DNA from: Perkinsus chesapeaki ATCC PRA-425
Taxonomy: Eukaryota > Protista > Perkinsozoa
Assembly: GCA_013115145.1 (NCBI GenBank)
Contig: JAAPAO010000311.1
Location: forward strand, 1 to 40,535
Direction: 5' to 3'
DNA: 40,535 nucleotides
The notes under the pieces are model-generated. The model searched no databases. It was not told where the DNA came from and was given only the letters and a program-made list of their open reading frames with translations. Below, piece after piece: positions 1-12,408 of the stretch. Positions within the stretch are counted from its first letter, which is position 1, and each line of letters starts with the position of its first letter. The translations under genes and the position numbers were made by a program.

Positions 1-77
1 AACCCTTATTCCCTATCTTAATAGTATCCAACAACCCCTAGTAGAGTAGCCTAGTCATCACTTAACCCTTATTTTAG

Positions 78-3000
78 GCACCCTCTACGTCATCGGCGGC
101 TTCGATGGTCGTCGCCAAAACGATATGTATCGCGTCCCTCTAGAAGAGGGCCTTCGAAAGAGGGCCGAAATTAATCGACCAGATGTATCTCTTCGAGACG
201 CTACCGGAGATCAGTGCCAAGCTGAAGCATGTCACTGTGGAGATACTTCCTCCTGTTGCGAGCCGACGCCGGTGGTGATGCCGGAAGATCTGTGCAAGTG
301 GCAGAAGGTTGAAACGAAAAATAGCGGTGCGAACGATTTAAGTGGAAGGACGGGACACGCTGCGGTGGTTTGGGGAAAATATTTGTTTGTTTTTGGAGGA
401 ACGGATGAGCATGCGAGGCAGAATGATGTTTATAAGTAATATGGGTGTAGGGGGTGGAATATGGTTATATTATATTAATCACATTGCCTCCATATCTTGT
501 AATACAAATATGCCACTCTGGAGACTAGAGGGGCCGTAGGGGTGGGATATCGATATATGGAGTTTACTGGTGACTTCATGCTTGTTTTGTAAATTATTAT
601 TAAAATAATATAGGGTGTAAAAAATCTTTTGAGATGTAAAAAAGTATATTTTCAATTCTATAGATTTGAAAGGCAGCATCGCAAAACTTTGGTGGTTTTG
701 ATTCTTCATCTCAGGTTTGATTTCTCGACCCAGATGTGGTCCAGAGTGGCAACGTCCTCCCCTCAGCCAGCGGCAAGAAGCGGCAGTAAAGCAGTCGTTT
801 ATAAAGATTACATGTATTTATTTGGGGGATATACTAAAAAGGAAGGAGAATATTTCAACGATATGTGGAAGCTTAATTTGGCTCAGGGAACGGTAATAAG
901 GAAAATGGGAACTCCTATTTGTGAATAAAAAGACCGCAGAATCATTCAAAATCTCGTACAAGCGAAATACTATAACATTTCCCGGTCAACCTTGAAGTTT
1001 TCCGGATCAATTTCAACAGATTTTGCCCCTATATAAATATTGTAAGAATTGTCAGAGAAAATCCGTTTCCCGCCGTTTTGAATTGCTCGAGAAAATTTGA
1101 CCGAAAAAAAAGTGCAAGTTTTTGGCAGTTTATAATTTCTTTGTGATTAAGTATGGTTTAGAATCTACGAGAAATTTACTATTTGGTGCGGGGAATAGAC
1201 CGAGCGTTTTTAGTGTTAGTTCCTCCCAGATACTTTCCATTTTTTCGAATTCTAGATCCAGTAAAACGTGGAAAATATTCCGTAAAAATCGCGGTATTTG
1301 CAATTTCCAATCCCCAAGGAAAAAATATCTTTTCGAGTAGCCTATTTTCTGACTATATCCTGCATCAGATGCAGGATCTTTTTTTGTAACGAACCAGTAG
1401 TTCAGAACTACTATGCTTGAAAATGATTTTTAGTGGGCGTTGGTGAAGCCAAGGAGAGGGACGCCGCCGTCGCCCAGAACTGATCACACCTGCTGCATTC
1501 TGAGGTAAGCAGTAAAATGATATCTGCATTACTCACCTAGCAATTGCGCATTGTCGTATGTACGAGCTTTTGTCCAAGAAAGTAGATCGTCTAATATGTT
1601 TGTATACATTTGGGGAATCGAGACGGGATGTGGTTTGAAGGATTTCACGCGCCACAAAATTCCTGCATCTGCAACCTTTTCATCATAATTTATGAAACTG
1701 TTTTGCCAAAAAACGCGTTCTTCGAAAGCAAGTACTGCGGTTATGAGGGCGTTTTTGGGGCGTATCTCTCGAAGTGTTTCTTTTTCAGGTCAGATATTTA
1801 TGTGTTTGGAGGTTTCGACGGCCGGTCACGATTTCAGGATTTACACATGTAGGAGGCTCACAGAAATTTTCCAATATGAATTCTCGAGAAAAACATTAGA
1901 ACGTTTATCAAGAGCGTTTTTTAGGTGCTTCGGTGCAGAAATAGGATTTCTCTGAAATAGCTCGCTTTTGTTGGCGGATAAACCAGTGTCGAAGAAATAA
2001 AAAAATCGATCCGTTTCAAATCTATTATTAGCGTTTTTCGGAGGAGGAAAATCGCGAGAATGAGAAACGATAATAATCTTAAGGGAAAACAGGACTTGTT
2101 GTTTCAGATTCAACACTGAAGAAGAATCATGGACCGCGATAAGTCCCGGGAACGAACCACTGGGTCGATTCGGGCATACCGCAGTGATGTATAATACGTA
2201 AACGAAAAGTGTTTGAAGGAGAAAAATGATTTTCTGATTAGGTCTATGTATGTGTTTGGTGGCTGGAATGGTCATGATACCCTGGATGACCTGTAAGTAT
2301 CAAATCGATCACGTGATCGATTTGTGCTTTTATAGGTGTGAGTACTCGACGGAGTCACAGAATTGGCTGAGTGTTCCGGGTCGGGGAGAAATAGTGAGCA
2401 GTCGATATCGACATAGTGCAGGTAGTATCTTGAGGTTGAGAGTGCAGGATACAAAACGAGTCAAGTTGGATACATGTGTTTTATTATTTCAGTCGTTTAT
2501 GGATGTTGTATGTTCGTATTTGGGGGAGTGGATAAAAAACAAGAGCGTTTCTCTGATCTCTGCGAGTTTAATTTTGAAACTAGTAAGTTGGGATCTTTCA
2601 ATTACCCCAGATGCAATCCTAAGACCGCTCAATCATGAAACGGTTTTAGGATACTATAAATTATGAAAGGGTCATATCTTGCTTTAGGAGCATGGTCTCG
2701 AGTGAAGACGTGGGGAGATCCAGCAACACCATCAGCGCGTACTTTTCACCAGGCTGTGATGTATAAGGGGTTTATGTACATCGTTGGTGGATTCGATGGA
2801 TTCAGGAGAAATGACATTTGGTGTAAGTGGCTGGAAGGCCAACCGTCGTTGGCTGTTGCGACTCGGAATACTATTTGTTGCACTATTTGGTATCGACTAT
2901 CCGGGATAGTTTATCCCGTATGTCGACTATTCCGCGTGTTTACTATTTTTCTCCATTTTGTACAAATTCTCCACCCGTGGGAGATGCTTCCTAGCCCACC

Positions 3001-3931
3001 AAATTGAACACCTTAAGCGAGTAATTGTTCTCTCACAATTTCTATAATAAAAAATGTATTTGCCGTTTACAATGTTTTCCGAAACGTGTTTTGGATGGAG
3101 CCTTTATGTAGGTATTCCTCTCGTCGAAGAAGTTAGTCGCGCCGAGAAAGGTCGGCGGAAGCGTCTTACTATGGGGCGAGTGACGTCCCGAACACCACTG
3201 CGAGAGTTGAACGACGATGCGGGTGACAATAACGATTGGACTGGCTCCGATGAGCAGCCAGACCAAGGCACGGCGATGCCGGCCGGTGGAGGAGACGTGA
3301 AAGTTGAAAGCAAAGAAATGCAGGAAAATGTGCGCTTGAGAGCGAGAGTATCCGAGCTTGAAGAGAGACTTGCGAGTATGGAGGAGGAAGATTTGTGCAA
3401 GGTGAGGAAACTATGCAGATGACTCTGGGTGTTTCGGTTGTACTTCAGCAATACTCGCATATTATTCGAGCCTGTTTTTCCGGGCGAAATATATACTTCA
3501 GGTTTTTGTACACTTTAGATTTTTTCGGCTATCAGTAAGTTATAAATTTGAATAAATAATCTGGTGTCACTGAAAACTAGTTCAGTGCACAAAATTGAAA
3601 AGATAAAATTATCTATGGAAATTTAAAGGCGTTAAAAGTAGCCTTTGCAGAGGCCAGTAGAATTCGTTATCGTCTTGATAGTTACGAATTAGTTCTTCAA
3701 TTGACCATTATACAACGATATATACCTTGCTCTGTTATCTTATAAATTAATTGCGATTACCTGTCTATGATATGATTCCATTACTGTCAGATATGTTTCG
3801 ACAGAACGATCGATACAGTGTTGTTGGATTGTGCCCATAGAGTTGTATGTCATGGGTGCACTGAACAATTGAGCACGTGCCCAGTCTGTCGGAGCCCTAT
3901 ACGAAAAGTCATCATTACGTATGATGGCTAG
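78..3931 (+). CDS. Kelch-repeat protein with coiled-coil and C-terminal C3HC4 RING finger (putative E3 ubiquitin ligase); multi-exon, 5' end outside the window
   Basis: Manually joined exons give repeated kelch blades: LYVIGGFDG, RTGHAAVVWGKYLFVFGG, ARSGSKAVVYKDYMYLFGGY, YVFGGFDG, GRFGHTAV, MYVFGGWNG, ARTFHQAVMYKGFMYIVGGFDG. A coiled-coil follows (ENVRLRARVSELEERLASMEEE). A GT donor after 3401 (DLCK|) splices to the exon 3791-3931, which reads ICFDRTIDTVLLDCAHRVVCHGCTEQLSTCPVCRSPIRKVIITYDG*, a RING finger absent from the ORF track. Confidence 0.9.
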
Positions 3932-3999
3932 AGGTGTCAGCAAATTCGAAAGAATATATTTAATAATCGTTCATTTTAACATTCTGTGATACCCACTAG

Positions 4000-6400
4000 T
4001 CGGTTAGTAAGTGAAGCTTTTGAGACGAGTGAATGAACTGTTATCGTACTATTGTCGTAAAGATGCCAACTGTAGACTTAATATTTCTTCATTGACGATG
4101 TTGTGTGCGAGTGTAAAGTGCAAGACAACGCGACTCAAGTGGAATGACAAGAGAATTGGAGTGCAGGCGAATGCCCAACGAAGGGTGTGCAGGTGTGAAG
4201 CTAACCTGAATGCTGCATCTTGCATCGTAGTCGATGACACCGTATCATTGATACATTGCAAACACTGCGTCATTCAACTTGCCTGATACGGTATAGTCTA
4301 TACCAACATACTTAGACAGTGTGACACTGTCAGCTTCTATTGATGAATTAATTCTGACTTTAATATATTAACCACCAAGCCACACTGTAGTCTGACGCGA
4401 CAACCAATCCAAATCCATTTAACGCAGCCAGTACTACTGGCTGCGTTAAACGGATTTGGATACTGGCCCAGTAGTAAACCCGGTTGTGGAACCGCCATTG
4501 GTTGCTAGTATAATACCACCAATTACGATTATAATAATTGCTATAAATTATTGCCGATAATCCGTGTTGAGCAGAAAAGCAAAGTTGAGATAACACACTT
4601 CTATGAAAATTGTAGACATAACAAAAGAAGAAGCTCTGACCTATAATTATTATTATAGTATAATAGTTTTGCCCTCTAGATTTCAACAGGTACTACTGTA
4701 GGGACGCTGAAGCTACGTAGCCGCAGTCCAGACTATAAAGCTTTGAAACGAGCGTCTGTACCCGACCTTGTAGTCGATCACTAACTGCATCAACGACCCA
4801 TCGACTGATTAGATAAGACATTATTTGGCACTCGCCAATCCAATGGATTATTCGCCACATGCATGTGTGAATAACTCTAGTCCAAGTTATTGGGAAATAG
4901 TAATCTATATTCAACTATATTTAATGGAATCTTATTTGATCGATAATACCATAGCTATGGTGTCCGCTATGGGAACATAACACAACGGGACAGTCGTACA
5001 CAAGTCCCACACATGTGTTAGTTAATCTTTCATCTGATGAACTCAAGCATGCGGTGAATGGTGTGAAATCCATCTTCCATGCCGTACCTCTATTTGTTTA
5101 CAACCCCGTAAGCGTTTAGAACAGGTGCTGCAGCACTACTACCCTAGACGGGTTTTTAAACTTCTCATTTCTCAGAGAAGTGAGAATTTCTCTTTCGTAT
5201 CACTCGTTTGATATCTTCTTGCATAATTGACGACGTGGCACGATCTACTCTGTTGCAGTTGAGGATGCTACTGGTGATACTTGTGAGATTATTAATGACC
5301 ACCCATTGTTCACGGAGATGTATATACAATGGTATCCACACCTCGAAGAGCAAACCATCCAAGGAGTGACTCAGTCACTGTGACTGTATGTAGCAGCATG
5401 GATATTAGTGACGAAATCTGAGTAGTTTCTTGACTGGTTGTCGATGAAGAGCTCGGGTACAATGTCCAATGTCAACGTGGCATTGAACTGGTGCGCATAT
5501 CCACTGATATTCTTAGCAAGGCCCTCCGTCGTCTAATTACGAGGAAAGAGGACCGAACCATCGATCCAGAGCCAGTCCTGTCCCAGTACAACGTGACGAA
5601 CACCCGCCTTGAACAAGTCCAGGAAGTCATTCTCTACCTGATAATCCAGGTAGGTTACTCCCACCGTCAGTGGTACACCCCAGCCTTAAGTAAATATCAC
5701 GGCAATGAATGCCCGGCTGATCCTCGGAGTCATTATGCCGAATGGGTAATGCGAGAGTAGCAGCGAGCGATCGCTGCTACTCTCGCACTACCGAGGCGGT
5801 CATCACAGAAGCCACAGACTTATCCGATGCACTCCGAGAACAGAGGCTCCGCGCTCCTGCCACCTTGGAGGCGCCGCCTTCTTGCGAGTGCAGATGGACT
5901 AGCTTACCACGCGAGCAGTTGACTGGACGCATCCCAGTCGGTGATGCGAGGCCAAATGCTGCCCGTGTCAGAAGCGCTACGTTATTGCGGCCTTAACGCC
6001 AGTTTCTGCTGGTGTATCGTCGAAGGAGTCATCGTTCCATACCAAAATCCTTGAGGACAGGGAGCTGCTCCCATCGCGGCGGAGTAACTTCACTCGGAAG
6101 CTGTACTGGCCTGCCTGGCTCTAAATGCACTCCTTCTGAGGGGAATATTTTTGCTACCTTAAACTGTCGCACTATTACAGTGAGAGATACAGAGTTATCT
6201 CGCGCAGCCTACGCGACGGAGTTCGGTTGCTACACTAACAACTGAGAAGGTGGAGTAGTAAGAAGGTGGATGATCACGCTCATGGAGCTCTATGACTGAT
6301 TTTCACGACTTAACTTGAGAACTGCTCGTATTCTGCCGTTTTGGAGATGCTCTCACCAGTCTACTGCCTAGCTGGCAACGCTTCCTGAACGTGTCAAATT
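4000..6400 (-). pseudogene. Heavily decayed coding remnant, possibly gag/aspartic protease of an LTR retroelement
   Basis: On the minus strand, 5958-5980 reads GTAGCGCTTCTGACACGGGCAGC, which gives VALLDTGS if one deleted G is restored. 5569-5589 encodes VLGQDWL, resembling the retropepsin C-terminal LGxDWL. 6346-6372 encodes ARQ*TGESI, resembling gag RQxxGES. There are many stops and frameshifts, and no RT motif or LTR pair was found. Confidence 0.3.
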
Positions 6401-7080
6401 AACACTGTTCAATGACGCAGTAAGCTGAGCATATTAGGTTGGTCAACGACTCGTTGACCGACGAAGCCCGGAATAGACTCATATCTCTGGGTGGAGCTGG
6501 GCTCCGGCGGAGCCCGACTCCGGTAGAAGCTAACTCTGGACTGTTCTATTGGCTGCGCGGACGTCGCTAATTTTCCCTACCACAAAAATGTTTTTTTGTG
6601 AGAAATTCCACGCAAAATGCGGTTTCCGCGACATATAACCTGCCACAGGCTTTCTTGACGGTAAATATTGAATTCCCACGCCGTGGGACCCACGGTGCAA
6701 TAGCGCGACACCGTCCCGGCGAGACTCTCGCCGCGAGGGCGCAACTGGGCATAGGCCGTGGGTCTGTAAGATCAAAATCTGTGTTGGTTCACGTGGGAGG
6801 GGAACGTTAGCCTTTCTTGACTCTGAACCGAAGCCATGTTGAATAACTTAGGCTTTGTTATCACCCAATGCAACAAATTGTCAACTTTATACTCTTACTT
6901 TTCTTCATGAGCCCTTCGCGCTGTAAGGGAAGTGAACCAGGATTAATGCCGAAGTAACGCGGGCCCCCATCGCGGGGTAGACCAGTATTCTCATTCTTCG
7001 CGAGATCATCAACGTTACCACGAATAGTGCAAACGGCATGCGGTGTATCGTATATCCCAACCGTTTGATCATTCTCTCAG

Positions 7081-9050
7081 CCCGGATACTATGTCCTCGG
7101 CATTTTCCTCAGGCGCCTTCCGACAGGCTACTCCGAGAGCTTGGGAACAAATGATTCTTGGAAGGAGAAGAAGTTCGAATCTTTTGTTGATCACTCGAAA
7201 GGTAACCCAATTATTGTTGTATAATCCATTATTATGGGGACTGCGTTAGTCCGCTCAAAGAAAGTCCGCCTGACTGTCCGAGCCACACTCGGCGCTGTAG
7301 TTAACAAAGATTTCTTTCTATCACAGAAGTTCTCGAATAATACCATCATAGTATTCATCATCAGGCAAAGGAGGGAAAACTTTCGCGCAGTACTACCTGG
7401 AGAATAAACAGTACTACAACCCGCAGAGACCGGTAAGCCTGAAGCAGTCGAGCTAAGTTTGAGGTTCTCTTCAGCAGTTCAATTAGTTGTGATCAACTAT
7501 TACACCCATTTCAGATGCTATTTCTCGGAGTTAACGCCATGAGCCCGCTACCTGCTTCTCCACAGGTCGAAGAAATGGCGGACGCTGCTAAGGCATTTGG
7601 CGCATGGATGATCATCTTAGAGAGAAGGTCATTCCTTCTCACATCGTCGCTCCTCACTTTTTCGATCACTTATCACAGATATATCGGTAAAAGTCTACCT
7701 ACGAATGAGTATTCTGTGGCCACCTTGACAAAGTTTTTCACAGAGCAACAAACAGTTGAAGATGTGGCCCTGTTCGGTGAGAAGATGAAAAATGAAATTC
7801 CAGGACTGAAGATAATTCTCTTTGGGTGCAGCTCGGGAGGGGTAGGCTCCATCAACCATTTAGCATTCAAGCCTTTCCCATTTCAGACAACTGCAGCGTT
7901 GGCTCGAAAGTATCACCCAAATATCTTCGACGGGGCTGTTGTGTCTTCAGCCGTATTCAAGTTCAAACTTGAGTTTCAGGAGTACGTAAATGGCTAGTCT
8001 ATATATTACGTGTATTTTCAAGGTATGTCGAAGTCATTGCTGAAGATTTAAAGAATCCGAGACTGGAAGGCAGCAGTGAATGCCTGACTGCTGTAATTGC
8101 TTTCATTGCTTGGTCATTAGCATTTACTTCTTCTAGATCACTGCAGCCCATGCGAAGATTGGCGAGATGTTCGGCTCGAAGGAAGGGCGCCAGCAGCTTG
8201 AGACGATGTTCGGATTGGTATCAGGGGACTTGGATGACCCTGCAGTTCGGACAGACTTGTCAGCTATGTTTTGATTTCTTGCCAGAAAGGTGTTAATCTG
8301 TCAGCTCCTACCTTGGGCAACTTCTCGGTATCAATTTGCAGTATAACGATCCACAATGCAAAGATGACTACTGCAACATCGAAAAGATCTGCAAGAGGTT
8401 CGCTGAAGGAACGTAAGTACTCTAGTAGAGTAACTCTACACGGACACTTAGTCTGTGGCACTCTAGGGCCCGCAATGTAACAACTGTATTATTCCTGCTC
8501 AGGGAGTCGCCTCTGATTAAGCTAATCAATGTCTACGCCACTAACATGGATTACCCATATGGGGAGTCGTTGGCCACGTCTTTGCGGGAACTTGTCAACT
8601 TGTCCGCCTTTGTTCCATATTGTGTGGCACTTTTGATGCTCATTTAGGTTAAAAAATGAGAAGAGTGCAGGTAAACAGAGGATGTTACACTTCCGAATCT
8701 GTTCTGGACGAGCGCTCTTCATGCCTTGTGTATCGGGTTCATGCCCTTTCTTTACTGGAAAGGAATATGACTGGGTGGAATTTGGGCTGTGGTTGTGTCG
8801 GGAGGGCCTGGGGATCAAGAAAGAAGATGTACAACGCATGGGAGTCTTCTGGCAGGAGAACGTCATGACTCATGACTCATGAGGGATTTTACAACTTAGA
8901 TACTGAAGGGTATCGCAGATTTCCAAGCGTACGTTGGGGATTTTCGCGGCGTCACCCACGTACTGTCGATAAATGGTGATGCTGATCCATGGTATCCAGC
9001 ATCGATAACTCAGGGAGGACACGGACCCGATGTGGAGATGGTGAGATAAC
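7081..9050 (+). CDS. Serine peptidase family S28 (prolylcarboxypeptidase/thymus-specific serine protease-like); multi-exon, possibly degenerate
   Basis: Exon translations match the S28 pattern: KKFESFVDH; TFAQYYLENKQYYNP; LE(R)RYIGKSLPT; FFTEQQTVEDVALF; KIILFGCSSGG (nucleophile elbow); ALARKYHPNIFDGAVVSSA; INLQYNDP; VLSINGDADPWY. The start exon and the final exon with the catalytic His could not be resolved. Confidence 0.75.
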
Positions 9051-12022
9051 CTTTCTGAGAGCCACTCGTATCAGATTTAAAAACCTGATAAGAAACAACG
9101 CGTTTATTAAATTGTTATTCCGTCGATTCAAGTGGAGTTTCCCCCACGGAAATTCCGTACAAGAAGGGTGAAACCTGTCATATGACTACTCCAACCCATC
9201 TCAAATCGTTTTAAAGTTGTTACTGGGGAGACGATCCTCAACTTACACTATTACTCTCGGTACTGTTTACGTTATTACTTCAGTGAAGTAATAACTAGCG
9301 AGCTTTCCATGCATTAAATAACCACACTCCAGGCGCGTGGGTCTGGAAAACATAGTTGATAGTCGTCAACTATCAATCTCTGTCCAAGGGCTCTGTCCTG
9401 GTCAGCTGCCAGATGCCACGCTCTTCGTCGCCCCGCTTGCTACTGACCGCGGGTCCTGCGTCCGGGTGTGGGGGATGGGGCGCGAAATGCAAATAATGGC
9501 TAGATGACTAGCACCACCATCGAAACTATGAGCACTATCCATAACGCATCGGCTGGGCCACGCAGTATCTTGCACGCACGCCCACGCGTGCACGTACACG
9601 GTGTGTGGGACACGACCGCACGCGCAAGAAAGCCGCGCCTCCGTTTAGGAATTTAACTGTGGCTAACAAGTTAGCCTGAAATAAATTGAAATTTATAGGA
9701 TGTCACGAATTGGGATGAAATATGAAAACAGGTACCCGATACTTCGCATTGCTATTGGTGCAGATATAAGAACGAGTAAGCATACGTGATCCGTCGGAGG
9801 AACCGACTTTTGGAGGAGTGCTGCTTATCAGTGTGCTTATCCGCTTAACACATAAGTGACACGCCCTCTCATGTGCGTATGGGCCTTTGTTCTCATTCAC
9901 AAGACACTCGTTTCTATCATATAGATATGCATAAACTTGTCAGGAAAGTCGCGCAGAGGATACGCAGCGTTATCAGCGACTGGCTCGGCTTGCATCAATA
10001 AGCGAACATGAGATGAAGCAGCAGCGGGGCGGTTTCGACAGTTGATACGGTTTTCGCGCCTTTGATCAGGCTGGTCAGATCAGCTCTTGGGGCCTCATTG
10101 TCTCAATGCTATGTCAAGAAGCTATTCTTATCTAAGCTTCGTGTATACTTTTCTCAATGCATGTGGGAAAGAAGTTCTTCAAAAAAGTCTCTTATTTGTG
10201 GTAATGAAGCAAGTTGCATTTTCGATGCTGCGGAGTGCATCAACTTGGATCGTCCATTATCGTCACGTATTTGAACGATGGTATCTCATGTCTGCGTGCT
10301 ACCGGAGCGCACGCTTTTTGGCTCGGGCCGAGCTATGCAAGGACAGTCGTTAATGACGACTGTCATTGCATTGCCACCCCTTCGCCGCTTTGTTGTCATT
10401 CCATTCCCGCGAAGACCGTGGCAACTGGCTCATTTGGTAAGAAGCCCACTGGCGGTGCGTGGCCGGCGAAGCCGGCGCGAAAATTTTCAAGGTAAGTCGC
10501 GGAGCGGCCCCGCAACTTGCCTTGCAAATTTTCGCAAAGTGTACGAGATGACGGCGTACGGGTTAAAAGTGGGGGTGTGAACGAAGTGGAAGTGTACGGG
10601 TTTTCGGTGTACCACTTGAAAGTGTTCGAGTATTCGATGCATGAGTATTAAGTGTATGAGTGTAACACTCAGAGTTTTCGGTGTATGAGTATTTAGTGAA
10701 GGTTAACTTGTTAACCCAGGTTAAATACCGATACGGATGGTCGCGTTGCTCCGCTAGTAATTTGTAGTGCGGAGATGAAACCGTAAGGCGTTCGGATATT
10801 TCCCGCGTTCTGCCTCTCAATGATAAGTTATCATATTATAGTCGAGATCTGTGGAGCTTCTTCTTTTTATCCCACCACTCCCACCACTCCCGGGAGCAGA
10901 TACCGAAGAGGTGCAGACACGCACTGTCGGAAGTGCCGACTCGGCACACTCCGAGTCTGCGACACATAGTCTGTGTACCTGAGTGTCTTTCAAATGTGCT
11001 ACTCATACGGACTTCGTATTCTGAAAATATAAAGGAGATTTCCCAGGCCACGAGGAAACATCGAATGCATTCATTCTGGGGCCATCTGATGTCACTCTAT
11101 GGCTCCCCTGTCCAGCATTGCGGCAATGCCTTAGCCCAACAACATAACCTTCCAGATTTACGACCATCATCTGTAAACTGTGCTAGGTCTTGTTCGACGA
11201 ACAATGTTCGTAACGTTCCATGCAACTCTTATGCAGAGTGTGCTTGCTTTTTTCTGTATGCCATGAACTTCTTTACCTGTCGCGTTCATGAATGATAGCG
11301 GATAAGTCGAACGCTTTCACACCTGCCTATTTAAACTATGTTCATTCTTTTCCCCATTTGTAGTCGTCACACGACTCGAGTTTCGTGGCGCGCGAGAAAT
11401 TTTCACGGTTTCGGTGACACGACGCCGTTCAAAATCTTGCGCTGCCATTTCATAGCAGGATTTTGGTAATTTCAATCTATGTACCCTAGCAGTAGTGGAG
11501 CTGGCCGATCACGAATACACAACAACGATCGGAGCTTCCGTGAGGCAATAGCTCGGTCACAAGACCAGTATAATGGCAGAGGTAATGGGGATTCACCATT
11601 TTAATAATTTGCGTGTTCAATGGCCCACCTGAAATAGAAGAGTTTCTAGGATTGAATTAAGCATGTCACAGTCGCTCTTTAAAGCCGTAAGAGGCCTATC
11701 GAACATTCTCGATACTTATTTACAGCGTAGTATTTCGATACTTACGTATTTTGAAAGTAAATTCGTCGCTTCGCACGAGCGTCGAACGAATGAATCTCTC
11801 CAGAATGGAAACAACTTACACTGCAATACTTATATGGGATCAGGATTCTTGCTCTTTTGTTATCATATTTCCTTTCTGGCGTTTTATAATGAAACCAAAA
11901 TCTGTTAATAAAACTTTTATTAATCGATTTTCGGTTGAAAAAGTCTTGGTGTCTGTCTAAGTTCATTCTCGCAATGGAGGTTCGTGCTCGTTCAAATGGT
12001 TGGTGGGCTTAAGCCTAGCTTG

Positions 12023-12208
12023 TGTATTTATTGTTTATATAACCAGTTTATTAAGGTAAATGCTTTTATTGTTTATATAACCAACTTATTAAGGTAAATG
12101 CATTTATTGTTTATATAACCAACTTATTAAGGTAAATGCTTTTATTGTTTATATAACCAGTTTATTAAGGTAAATGTATTTATTGTTTATATAACCAACT
12201 TATTAAGG
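12023..12208. repeat. 38-bp minisatellite, about 5 copies
   Basis: Unit TTTATTGTTTATATAACCA(GT/AC)TTATTAAGGTAAATG(CT/CA/TA); starts at 12027 and recurs every 38 nt, with the fifth copy at 12179. Confidence 0.95.
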
Positions 12209-12408
12209 TTTCTCGGTAAAACGAATTATTACTCCCTTTTACAATAGTTTATGTCGGTTTTTCCAGTCTTTTTCTTCGCACGAATTCATCCAGGAAAAGC
12301 AGGGTACTACAATTACATGTCATAAAACGGGTATTGGATTTTTTCAATAAAAATACGTTTTTTGGATTTGGGAAGGCGCACTGGGGAATAATCAAAGTAT
12401 CCTTTCGC

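Noticed and set aside
1-77. Degenerate telomeric CCCT repeats at window start
   Set aside because: Irregular and ends in a normal intron acceptor (TTTTAG) of the kelch gene.
3740-3943. Minus-strand 67-aa ORF
   Set aside because: Antisense to the RING exon (3791-3931), which is the real coding frame.
9700-9830. hAT transposase dimerisation remnant (RYPILRIA...)
   Set aside because: Only a few residues match, the frames are broken, and no terminal inverted repeats were found.
12023-12208. CRISPR-like array
   Set aside because: Head-to-tail minisatellite with no unique spacers, in a eukaryotic context. The same applies to the other arrays.
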